DNA of 62,009 bases, filler included, from Sphacelaria rigidula (lineage: Eukaryota): the NCBI GenBank assembly GCA_964200075.2. It is 10 parts of 10 records of this genome, joined end to end, with 100 filler letters (N's around TTAATTAATTAA, not from the genome) between each part and the next. Parts side by side here need not be neighbours in the genome. Positions count along the whole stretch, not along the records: positions 12,423 to 18,533 come from CAXNAA020022150.1; positions 18,634 to 24,744 come from CAXNAA020022151.1; 8 more parts are not named here. One strand, written 5' to 3'. The notes under the pieces were generated by a model. The model was not told the origin of the DNA. It ran no database searches and saw only the letters and a program-made list of their open reading frames with translations. The first letter of the stretch is position 1. Every line of letters begins with the position of its first letter. Both the position numbers and the translations under genes were made by a program. Below are positions 12,818-24,844 of the stretch, in pieces.

Positions 12818-13055
12818 GTGAGAGGTGTGGATGGATGGATGAAGACAGAAGACAGACGAACAGGCGAACAGACGTATGGACAGGGAGAGAGACGAGGCCA
12901 GAAACAGACAGGATAGCATCTGCGAGTATAGTTTTTGTGTTTGTTCTCTAGTGGTGTCAGGTTCAAGGAACTTGGAATCAATGACATCTTGTGGTGTTTT
13001 TTCGTCGTGTAGTCGTCAGGCTGAATAAACTGCGTGTTTGTTGTTCGGCCGTCAG

Positions 13056-13208
13056 GTAAATAGGCAGATTTTGAAGGAGGAGGAGGAGAAGGCGAAAATC
13101 CAGAAGGATTTGAGCATTTTGACGGACAGGCTCAGCAAAATCAACGAGAACCTGGCACGGAAAGTACAAGCGAGAAACGAATACGACAGGACAGTTCAGG
13201 AGACGGAG
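13056..13208 (+). CDS. SSNA1: SSNA1/DIP13 exon 2
   Basis: GTCAG acceptor and GTATGA donor; VNRQILKEEEEKAKIQKDLSILTDRLSKINENLARKVQARNEYDRTVQETE. Confidence 0.96.
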
Positions 13209-15638
13209 GTATGATACGGTCCAGTACGTGACCTTGTCTTAAGGAGGCACTGTACCCTATTCAAAAGATACGGCGTGAAAAAGATGTTCGGTTCTCCACG
13301 TATACTTGTTTGCTGATTGATCCCCCTTGAACTGCCGTTGTTCCATGGGTAATCTCCCATCTGAGAGATATGTCACGTCTGCGTATGCTTGTTTCTAGAG
13401 TTAGGGCGAGTTCGCTAGTGGAGAGTGTACAAAAACTCCCATCCAACGGAGACGTGTCCACATGATGTCTAATATGCCTCGGGATTACGTGTCATTCAAC
13501 CGTGGGTCTGAACAAAAGGGTTGGTGTCATGTTCAACATTTGCGAATCTCACCTCGCGCCCCTCTTGTCTATGAGGCACTCTTCTTCCCGCAAAACCGTC
13601 GTCGTTGTTGCCATTGTGAAGAACATGCCTTGTCGGAAGCAGACGCTCAGGCTAATTTAGCCATTAGTTGTGTAGTATCTCAGAATACCCGATGTAACCT
13701 CCTGGAGAGGCAGAAGATGCCCCAGTTTGCCTTTAGATTGACCGCCGTGAAACAAAATACATGCTGCCAATGAGGTTATGCTCGAAAACATGGAGGAAAT
13801 GCTGACCTGCAGCGTCGGAATCACCGGCGTTGAAGGGTCAGATGGGGATATTGTTCCAAAGTGGGGCCAAATTTTCAAGTGGTGGACTAGGTCACTCGTG
13901 TGCCCTCTGACGCGACACATATCTTCTGATCACACGGCTGTTTAAATACTGAGAAAAATAAGGTCATTTACCTTATTTGGGATCTTCACGTGCGGGTACG
14001 GTCCAATTTCTTGCTCATTGGTCCGCGCAGCAAAAGAGGCATTTCCACCGTCAGCACCAAAGGACGCACGTACTGTAGCTCTCAGCGCTGGAGTGCCGGC
14101 CGACACCCGTTTTCATGCCCCCGCGAGATCAGGGGGGCGGGGTAGGGGGTACAAGAAATATTGAAATGGTATTAATGGGGATATAGGCATGTGTTTTCGC
14201 TGGAAACCCCATACTGCATGCGGTGGCGTTGCTTGTCGTGACTCAAGCTAAGTCCTGGACGGGTCTGAGAGACCAGCCTGATGTGTTGGATTGGACAGAG
14301 GGCACGTCTGGCGGCGGCCTGCTACACCTAGGCGCCCATGTAGGCTGTAATAGTCTTGGCGTCTCTGACAGTTGTACTGCTGCAACAGGAGCAGTCCGGG
14401 GTGGAAAATGATGACGCAGTGGTGCATATGTGCTCGTTTCTGCTTCCGAATGGAACGCGCTTCCCGGTCCGAAGGTTGAGAGGGTGTGACAAAAACCCGC
14501 CGGCGATAGAATAATACTTGGCTAATAAATTTTTCTGTCGGAAATCCTTTCCCTCTAACAGTCAGATCCCGGACCAGATATTTTGGCAGATGCGAGTCAT
14601 CAGTGTCAGTCCGACCCTATCAGTCGACGTAATCGAGGTCGACAATATTTATCACCTGCTGGAGTGATATATGATGTACCATGTGACCCTGGTAAGGTCC
14701 ACAGACAGACCGACAGACAGGCGATGTATCAATACTAACGTGCCCCCGTAGTCTAAGTGGTGTGCCAGGTGGAATATGTTAAAAAACAGTTGGAGCCGAC
14801 TAGGGGCTTCGATCTCACGCAGATACGGTGTCTTATGACAGGTGCTGTGTATGACTCCCGCCGTTAAAGACGTGAGTAGCAACGAGGAGTAGCAACGAGC
14901 ACTCGCGGCGAGAGTCGACGCGGTGTGTGGCGGTGACGATCCAACTCAATACACAGAACATGTCGGGCAGCATGTACCGTACCGGAGGGAGATGGGTTGA
15001 TCTCTCGAGATTTATGGACTCGTCCACGAGAAGAGGAGGGGTGAAACGCCAGACAGAAAGTTATTCATGACGGGCTCGGTAGGGGCTGCGCCCGAGGACT
15101 GTCGATAGAAAAAAGTACGAGAAAATATGTTGAAATGCCCCAAACGGACCACGAGCGGGGAGCGTGGGGAAGAGCAAGGAGCCTGTGATTCGCATCCTGA
15201 TTCATGCCACTACTCTTGTACTTGTTCGCTTTTTTTGCCTGCAATATTTTTGTACTGCAGAGTAACATGTCAGGGTCGGTTGAATTTTCTGCGAACAAGC
15301 TTGAAGCTTTTGAAATTTTACCGATACAACACTCGTTTGTACGATGCCTAAGCTTCTTGCACAAGCTGGACTATGACTTCAATGGCTTGTACGGTTCGTC
15401 GACCTTGCCCTCCACGAGACTTGCTATTTAACCTTTGATCGTTTCATTACTCTCGTATGACACCTTCCCCCTAATTCTGTAGTGGTAGTAAGTACCCTTT
15501 TGTCTTGCTTGGATTTGTAAGATTATGGCATAATTGTGATGCGGAAGCAAGTAGCTCGAAATAGGAAATATTAGACAATTATGAGTACAAACTGCGATTT
15601 GTTCGGGGACCACAATCTGACCCATGGACAAGGACTGA

Positions 15639-16538
15639 GGCCGCTTCTTATAGACTGAAAAAAGTCACAGAAGAAAGTTCGGGCGGACGCTTTTTCTCAG
15701 TGACTTGTTGAGAGAAGTCCGTTTCCAAAACGCACCTAATATTATAGTCTACGAAAATATCGAGGGGATTTGTACACCCGAGGTCACCGTCAAGCCTACG
15801 TGCAGACGGCGGTGGTGGTCATCATTCGCATTTTGTGCTTGTGCCACCTGCGGAAACTAACACGTAATCCCGTCCAGGTACAGAGTAGATGGGATGGCGA
15901 TACACACGCACGCGCACACACGCATACAGTAGCTACTGGTATAATCGGGATCGAAATGACAGGCGTATCAACCCTTACTTCAGCTGACAACCGCTTGGTA
16001 CAGTAGATGTGTCGCAAGTGGTTCAGTGTGCAGCAGTACGGTTTGTGCCATACCCCACACAACAAACTAGCGGGTCAGTAGTGCGGTAGCAACCGTCTCC
16101 ACTGCACAGAATACTACAGAGTTCACAATCGGTGGTGGGCACGATGAGTATGAAACGATACGAGCAGTCAACACAGCCTGCAGGGGCGACACCGTTCTAT
16201 TTTACAGTACTAACGCCGCCGGCGAAAAAGCACTGTACTGACTGTACTGTCTGTCCCTGGTCATACAACATGCATGGCTACTTTTGCGCTGACTGTACTA
16301 CACTTATATGCAAGGAATGTGCAATGGAACGTCCCTTTTCAGACAGTTTGATTTCACTGATAACTGGCGGCTTTTCTCCGCGACATTGTTTCCAAATCTC
16401 GCTGTCTGGACAAGGCGCGCAGCTTCCAGAGACGTTTTCGTGAAAAATGGCTCTGTGAGATCGCGTGCTGAAAAACGTCTCTGGAAACTGACCAAAACGA
16501 CTCTTTTCAGGGACTTTTTCAGGCTATAAGAAGTGGCC
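15639..16538. mobile_element. PIF/Harbinger-like non-autonomous element in SSNA1 intron 2
   Basis: ~35-bp TIRs GGCCGCTTCTTATAGACTGAAAAAAGTC / GACTTTTTCAGGCTATAAGAAGTGGCC; same terminal motif as 61291-61768. The TSD is degenerate (TGA/TAT). Confidence 0.7.
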
Positions 16539-17083
16539 TATTGGTAACACAATTCTCCCGTGGGAGCAGGATGATTTTTGATAACAGCCGACATATTTTT
16601 ACTGAGTCAACCTTCACTCAAACTTCATAGCTGCTGAGGACAGCCAAAAAATCCATTAGAATATTTTTTTACCACGCTGTCGGTGTACCCCAAAGCTTGG
16701 TGCAACGCTGGACGCGTGTTTCTTGTAGATGCCAGTAGTGCGTATCGAGTCCAGAGAAACGATCCGCGACTTCATAACGTTGGATGTTGTGGGCCGCCTC
16801 GACATCAGCATAATTTTTTGGTTCCGATTTACTGCGACGTGTATCCTCCATGTGCCTTGGAAGCCAGGTTATGTGCATGCACCGTCATTGCTTTCACGTT
16901 GACCGCTGCGCAGGTCGGAGCCAACAGTGTCATGTGTGCCGTAGCGGTAGTGTGATTGATCACTGTATCCCTTATCCCGCGCTTGCATTCGAAATGTGTG
17001 TGCGTGTGTGTATGTGATTGCGTTCGCTTTTCGTGCGCCTCCCCCACCTCCCCCCTCCTCCCCCTTTTTTGCTGTATTTGCAG

Positions 17084-17182
17084 GCGGCGTATATGAAGAT
17101 CCTAGAAAGTTCACAGACGTTGCTGCACGTACTTAAACGGGAGACTGTCAATTTGACCAAGAAGAAACAGGCGTCGGCATGA
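17084..17182 (+). CDS. SSNA1: SSNA1/DIP13 exon 3 (terminal)
   Basis: Polypyrimidine tract plus TTGCAG acceptor; AAYMKILESSQTLLHVLKRETVNLTKKKQASA*. The spliced protein is 111 aa. Confidence 0.96.
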   Translation, partial: AAYMKILESSQTLLHVLKRETVNLTKKKQASA

Positions 17183-18348
17183 CCGTGGATTGCGGAGACG
17201 CGCGAGACAAGTATCGTTGTCGGTGTACGTTCGCTTTCCGGAAATATTTCAGCGCGTTTCTTTTGGATAATAACACCCCCCACGCAGTCTCCGCCTACTC
17301 TACAGGTGTGGTGAAAACCGGTGGGCATGTATATCGGGGGCGAAAAAAATGTTGAGAAAACGCAAATGTGTATAGTAGGCTTCTTTTAGCGTCGCGTACC
17401 TTGGGTCAAACCGTGAGCGTTTCACCGTGTTTTTCGGGTGCTTCGGGTTCGGTGATTTTTTCGTGGCAGAAGGTGAAACTGTAGGATGTTGAATATTTGC
17501 GTTCTTGCGGGGAGGGGGGGGTCACGAGCGATCTTATCTACTGGTCAAGGCTCTTTTGTAGCAGCGCGAGCCTTCGCCGTCGGAGCTGGATGTCTCAAAT
17601 CGGTCCCCAGTTTTCGTGCTGTGTCTCGGTGGACCAGTAGCCGATGATAGAACAACACGTGAACGCGCATGTGGTCGTGAGGTAACAATCACATCTATGG
17701 GGTAAGGTTAAATTCGTGTCGTCGACTTGCGCTCTCGCAAGACACACTCGGCCAACTAAACCTCAAGGGTCACGGATCTGTGTGTGCATCGAGGAACAGG
17801 CGGGGTGATGTCCCGACTCCGCTTCGTCTCATCCAACAGATGCGCGTTGACCCCCGCTAGATACGCTGGGTGCCTTGAGTGACCACGTTAGAGTGATGTT
17901 GTGGGCTCGTTGGTCAACACATGTTTCAAAGCAAGGGCACATGATTCATCCCATCTTACATAGCGTTTTCATACGGTCGAAACGGTACGTCTTGGGGAGG
18001 AAAGGAGGTGATGAAGGATGCCCGCGGATACACTCCGACCGGTACAAATTATGGAGGACTCCGATTCCGGTCGCGGCACATCATTATCTGATGGGCCCCA
18101 AATCCTAGGTCGACAGGTGAAGTCCCTCATAGAGACGACGTCACCGTTTTACGGAGGAACGTCTGATCGTAGATGGCATTATTAGGGAGGAACCCACTGT
18201 TCGGTCGGAGATTTCGTACTTCTGGGGGAAATCCCTCGCAATATTTCTGACGGTCGTGATGACCGAAAATGACGAAAGCGTTTGCAGCTGATAATAGCCA
18301 CAGCAGTAGCCATGTATATTTACGTGGACATTACACGTTTGGCCTTTA

Positions 18349-18533
18349 ACACGGGATGTTAAACATTGGGGATGGATCTTTTATTGGGGATGAGAAACCC
18401 GGAGAAGTAAATTCTTCCTATCCACACCAAATCTTCGAAATACGGTTCCATTTCTTCACCTACTGATAGCTATTGACAACTGCTACACGCCATAGAAATT
18501 TGGATTTCGATCACCGAAATGTTGGGGTCCTAG
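18349..18533. mobile_element. Left arm of foldback MITE (family of 23226-23654), cut by contig end
   Basis: TA|ACACGGGATGTTA...GTTGGGGTCCTAG is collinear with the arms of the full copy. Confidence 0.85.
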
Positions 18534-21500
18534 NNNNNNNNNNNNNNNNNNNNNNNNNNNNNNNNNNNNNNNNNNNNTTAATTAATTAANNNNNNNNNNN
18601 NNNNNNNNNNNNNNNNNNNNNNNNNNNNNNNNNTTTGTAGGGATGCGAGGTTAATAGTGATATGACTATGGCATGCATGCTCATGAGTACCCCCCCCCCC
18701 CTCCCTCCCCTTCCCCATCCGAAAAAGCAACCGGTCACAAGAATATTCCATCAACGACTCAGACCTTTTGTTCTCGGCGGGTGGTTGCGAACTCCAGGCA
18801 CTCCCGACCACACTGTGCAAAACGAAAGCGCTCTGCTTTCGAAGTACCAGTCTCACAGAGAAGCCTTGTGGAGCCGACCCCAGCCACATGCTTCCACAAA
18901 TACCTACTTCATGGGTGCAATGTGTGATGGGCGGCTGTCGCTTCGACGTAAAAATATTCCGGGAGAGAGAGCGCGGCCTGCCATGTACGTTCTACAACTT
19001 GCCAACCATGTTCCCTCGCTATCTGCCGCTGAGACAGGCCATCTGCCATCCGAAGGCGTCAGCGCGCCCATCTCAAAATACACGAGCGCCATGTCGCCGA
19101 TGGGAGTGCGCATCACCGCCACCTACTCCAAGCGCAAAGGCGGCTGGCGTCAAAACGCTTTCGGGCCCGTGGGAGTTCGGCACATGAGGTGGCGCAGTCG
19201 AGGAGAGCGAGGAAAAACGAGTGGCAGAGGCTTTATCATAAGACCGCGAGGCTCTTCCACCTAAACAACGAAAGATCTTGGGAGGTAAGAGACTGAAATA
19301 AACCGCCAACGGCATCGTATCCCCATGTCGAGCAATTGGCTCAAGGTTTTCACCCCCCGTACCCTGAGAAAAATCGTTGGCAATAGTTATTGGGAAAAAA
19401 AAACATGGCATGACGGTGCCCATCTGGACACGGTTCGAGATGTAGTGGCCTCTGAAAATCCTCGACATGTAATTATCATAAAATATGACTGCCCATCACT
19501 TGCCCCTCACCCCGCCCCATCTCCCTACGGGTCGCGGTGTGCTTATTACATGCAGCCGTTCCAAGAGCGGATACAGAAGGCAGGGTTCCGGCGGAACACC
19601 TTACCTTCCTCAGAACCAGGAGAAACATATGGCATCAACCTCATCGGTCATCTAACCCGTGAGGCGTTCTTCGAAGAGATAATTTTCGCTGGCTTGTGGG
19701 GTGTGCAGGTCGAGGCCCTTTTTGACGTGGTGGAGCGGGTGCTCCGGACCGCCAAGCGCGGCAAGGTGTAAAGGGGACACATTACTCATTCTCCCCTCAT
19801 CTACTACAAATCAGCCATTTCTGCGCGTCAGCAGCCGCGGCATTTCATCTCCACTGTGTGTTTTTGTTCGGGGCCATTCTGTACGTGGTTGTTCATGCTT
19901 GATTCGAGTCTGAAAACCCAGATCCGGATCTTCACTGGGGCTGACAATCCCGACTGCTTCATTTCCGATTCTGTGTCATACGGCCGGTTTTCATGGCGAA
20001 CAAAAATCACCAACAAAAAAACAAAATTGCGTCTCCTTTTGTCCAAGACTTTTGTCTGGCGTGCCTTTTTTGGAGGGACGACGAAACGACGTCAAGACAC
20101 ACCACGCACATTTACCTCAGCATTTTTCTATAGTCTCGCACATACCCCGGTCTTAAGTACAACACAGATATGAGACTCGAAGATCGCCACTCATCCGGTG
20201 ATGAAATGTTTGTGGTTGCAGGGCTGGCCGCGGCGAGCAACCTGAAAGCCGTGGGGTTCGGGCCGGCCGACCACTGCGCACGCTCGATTGTATGGATGCT
20301 CTGAACGTCCACGCATAGCAGCTGCTTGGTATCGACGAGAGGTACTGCCATATCATAATGCTGTACTGCGCTACAAGAGGCCACCAGTACAGCACATAAT
20401 ACATGCTACTATTGCTATCTGCATGGGCTACCTCGAGGACTGTGTTATTATAGTGTTCCTGTCAGTATTGATCAACAGCACGTGCCCATATGGTGCTGTA
20501 CGTCGCAGACAGCAGTAGTAGTACGGCTCCCGTATTGTACTCACGATGGTGTCTGCTGTAAGCAATATTGTGATTCACTCCCTCTCTCCGGCAAGGTCGG
20601 GACATCCGGGAATATAAGCAAGATTTCTGCCATATGCTCCGAAGTAGGTGATTAAGTCTTTGATGTCCGACGGGTATGAATTACGATCGGATATCACATG
20701 GACGGATGAAAAAACAAATCTAGAATGGAGGGGGGGGATGTTTCGTGTCCCTTGGTTGGTAATGTCGTGGAAGAGTTCAGCTTGATATAATACCCAATCA
20801 TCGAGAAACGAACGTGAGAAGCAATGTATCGCGTGATCGTTACAGAGGGGACGGGGGTGGTTGAAGAACAATGGATGTAGGGTGGGCGCTATCACCACCT
20901 ACGCGGCGTATACATCCAGGGGAAGGTGAAGATATATCCCCGGAGTTGATATCAATGGCTTTCCCACTGGCAGTCGGTACAGAGACTGGAGGAGGTACGA
21001 CGCACGGCACCAAGCAGGGTTAACCTCCCACAGCTGGCAATCAAGCGCAAAAGGGAAAAGCGGCAGGAAGTTCATATCCATTCAAGAATTGCGTCGTTAT
21101 GTTCGGGAAGATGGTTCACGAAGCAAGAAACGCTCAGACCTTGGCAAACGCAGGTAGCTAGCTGCACGAGCTACAAAAGTCATGTACAGACAGTGCATAT
21201 CCCCAAAGTTAGGTAGACTGAGCTTCTGCTACACGTCCCGTTTACAGGCTGGCTCAAGGTGAACGACCGGAATTTACTCCCCGGCGAAAGCTCACGCTGT
21301 TTTTTCGACTTAGATCCTGAAATTTTGCACACGGGTGCTCTGAGATATTTATAGAGGCTTTATGAATAGGGTCTTTCGATTTGTTTTTAATTCGCTATAT
21401 TGTGGTCGAGTTTGATCATATCGTGCGGGGTAGAGAAAGAGGATGATCGTACTACGCAGTGTTGAAGTGGTGAGACATCCATGAGGCAGTATAACCCGCG

Positions 21501-23225
21501 GCTGTCTCTGGAAGTGGCGATACCAGAAAATGAAGAAACTCACCCGAGGCTGTTATCCCTATGCAAGATAATTAGGACGCACCGAGCCAAACAATCTTCG
21601 CAGGATGCAGCTCGCCTCTCATGCTACTCACCGAACACATCACGGCTCTTCGCGCTTGGTGATTACGAGCCTGGTTGGTCGAAAACCCGGTGTGCTCCGT
21701 GCCAACCTTGTAGGGATGCGAGGTTAATGGTCTCATGACTTCAGCATGCAAGATCATGAGCACACCCCTCCCCCCCAAACGAAAAAATCGAAGGTCATGC
21801 CTGCTGGTGCAAGGCTGATGCGAGCCGCCCGCTTCGATCTGCGCAACGGAGTGACCTCCCAGCAACAGAGTGCCGAGCGACGTGCTCGCCTTGCGCGAGT
21901 CGAAAGTGACGGCAGCCGCACGCAGCGCAAGGCTCAAATAGCGGGACGATCGACGCCAATCGCGGAGAACCCACAACTGGCCCGCGTGGGATCCGAACGC
22001 AGCAAACGGCTCGGTGAGTTAGTAGTGTAGATCTCTAACTTCCGAGGTCAAATACCGGAAAAACATTAGACGACCCTCGTTTCCGATGTACAAATAACAC
22101 ATTCAGAACGAATAACGCCAAGAAATGCTCCCGATACGACCATTACCTGCATGCCTGCTTGCTACCCCTGACAACGCACAGGGTTGGGACTACCATAACC
22201 ACATCATGGGCTTGGCGTTCGTGGGGAAGACATCCGTAGGGGGGCATCACCTCACGAGAACAGATGTAGTCGCCCTGTTTAGCGCTTTACTGACAAGCAA
22301 AATGCGACATCGCGTCCGTTTGGAAGTGGATTCGGCACGGACTATATGCTAGCCGAATGTCAAGCGAGAGGCTTTCTTATTGCCGTCCGCGGTAGAGAAA
22401 CTCGAGGCATTGGCGCCACGGTGACGCAAACCTTCAGGCACGACCCCCAGCTCGTCTTGTGCAAGGCTTATGGTCAACACTACTGCCTCAATAGCATAGT
22501 TAGCGCCCGGGTGACTACGATTACTTGCATTGTGAGAGATCCTGGCCTAACTGACTGAGCACAGGACACGGCTCTTCCTGTCGAGCCCGTTCGCGCGCGA
22601 ACTTGCGTTTCTCCTCCCCGTGCACGCCCGCAAGGGAGAGTCCCTCCTGCGACACAGCGGGAGGGTGATGGTAAAACGCCTGGTGGTCAGGCTACCAAGG
22701 TCCACGGGGACGCGAGCGGTCGTGGTCGCCGTCATGACTCGTAACGCGCGCAACCAGGCAGAGAACTTCAACATATTGTGCCCTCGTGGGAAGAGGGGCG
22801 GCGCCTCAGCGCCCTAGGTCTCATTGGGCTGCGGGTTGGGGCTCCCCTGAAGTAGGGGTTTTCGAGTGCCACCTTCGGTACACATCCTGTGTCTCGCTCT
22901 ACGTGATGCGGTCATCATAAAACTCTACGAACAAATGCTTGACGGCCGCCGTAATCTCTCTATTGAGTCGTCCCGCTCAGAAACTCGCCGCGAGTACCAC
23001 TGCGTAATAGAGTCGTGATACCTGTCTTTCTCCAGTATTTATCAAACATTTCACCCACATATTGGTCGTGCATAAAGCCGGGGGTTGTGGCCTGGGTAGC
23101 AGAGGAACTAGTCCACATGGGGAGGGAATACGCCAAGAGTATTGGTTGGTTAGTATGCCGACATGAGCTGTGTTGCGGCGCCTTGTACTGTAAGAGAAAG
23201 GGCTTGCGCGGGGCAGGGGTAGAAA

Positions 23226-23654
23226 ACACGGTATTTTACAAATTGGGGACGCATTTTTTATCGGGGATGAGAATCCGGAGAATTAAAATCTTCTTATCCA
23301 CACCAAATGTTCGAAATATGGTTTCATTTCTTCATTTGCTGGTAGCTATTGAGGACTACTACACGCCATACGAATATGGATTTCGATGACCGGAATGTTG
23401 GGGTAGTAGGTCAAAACCCGATTTGGGGGAATTTAGGTGATCCGATCGAACCCCAAAATTAGCTTTTGACCTAGGACCCCAACATTTCGGTTACCGAAAT
23501 CCAAATTCGTATGGCGTGTAGTAGTTGTCAATAGCTACCAGCAAGTGAAGAAATAGAACCATATTTCGAACATTTGGTGTGGATACGAAGATTTTATTTC
23601 TCCGGATTCTCATCCCCAATAAAAAACCCATCCCCAGTTTGTAACATCCCGTGT
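23226..23654. mobile_element. 429-bp foldback MITE with ~190-bp TIRs (Tc1/mariner-like, probable TA target)
   Basis: Arms ~23226-23416 and ~23465-23654 are inverted complements; the right end is CCCGTGT|TA; other copies start TA|ACAC(G/A)GGAT. Confidence 0.85.
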
Positions 23655-24676
23655 TAGAAGCAGGCGTATCGAACGCAAAGGTAGCAGACGAGCGTATTCC
23701 CTTACGCTGCTGACGCGATTTGGGTGAAAAATCAGAGTGGAGCATAAGACATGAGGGTGTGGTTGGTTTGCTGCGTGTAAGCACGAAATGCCATGTGGAC
23801 ACCGCGACTGTCGTGTAAGATGAGCATGAGACGCGAGGAAAAAGTGGTTAATGGGTGCTGCACAGCAGGGATCCAAATCCGTAGAAACAGGTAGTCATCA
23901 AACCTCAGACAGGAAAAGATATGTTTGTAGTGTGGCACTGCAGCACTCCTGTTACACCCGAGAACGAAGTAACGCGCACCGTGTCTGCTGCGATATGCTC
24001 CCGTTATGAACGAGGTACGATGCGGAACGCTGGACCCGACGCTAAAAGCATTTGTTGTGCGCAGAGGTAGTTGTCTCGGGTGCTGTCATCTCTCATCTCA
24101 AGCGTTTTGCCTCCTGCATCATTAGCCTGGTATTGACACTCACGCAGGAAACTGCATGAATTCTAACTTGTGAGTGGATTTCGCACAGCACACAGGGTAA
24201 GCATAGCTCCACGCCTTCACTGACCTGTCATGATTAGTTGATTCGCCTGTAACTGACAGTATGAAAATGCCAGGCTTTCAGCAAAAGCTCGAGCTGTGAT
24301 AGATGTGCGCATCAACTCGCATAAAACAAGCCCTTTTGCTTCGTGTGTTTATTGGCAAAACATCAGCGCCCGACGAGTCGCTACACATTTCCCGTCACTT
24401 TCCTGCACACTGTCCACCCAGGGAAGTAATGTGCATCCATTCGTCGAAATTCCCGACTACGTCCACCGCCTGGTTATGATACAGGTGGCAACATGTTCTC
24501 CACACACATGCGACACACCATGCGATTATCTTAAAGACTATAGCAGCACCAGTAATCTATCGGAGAACCCTACCCCCGTCTTTCCGTCCTAGGCAAGGAA
24601 CCTGTGGCATATCTCTCACAGTCCAGGCACCGCAGACCCCCGCCGCCCCGCCATCGTATTCGGTTATGTACAATTA

Positions 24677-24744
24677 ACACAGGATCTTACAAATTGGGGA
24701 TGGATCTTTTATTGGGGATGAGAAACCCGGAGAATTAAAATCTT
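24677..24744. mobile_element. Start of a third foldback MITE copy, cut by contig end
   Basis: TA|ACACAGGATCTTACAAATTGGGGATGGATCTTTTATTGGGGATGAG. Confidence 0.8.
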
Positions 24745-24844
24745 NNNNNNNNNNNNNNNNNNNNNNNNNNNNNNNNNNNNNNNNNNNNTTAATTAATTAA
24801 NNNNNNNNNNNNNNNNNNNNNNNNNNNNNNNNNNNNNNNNNNNN

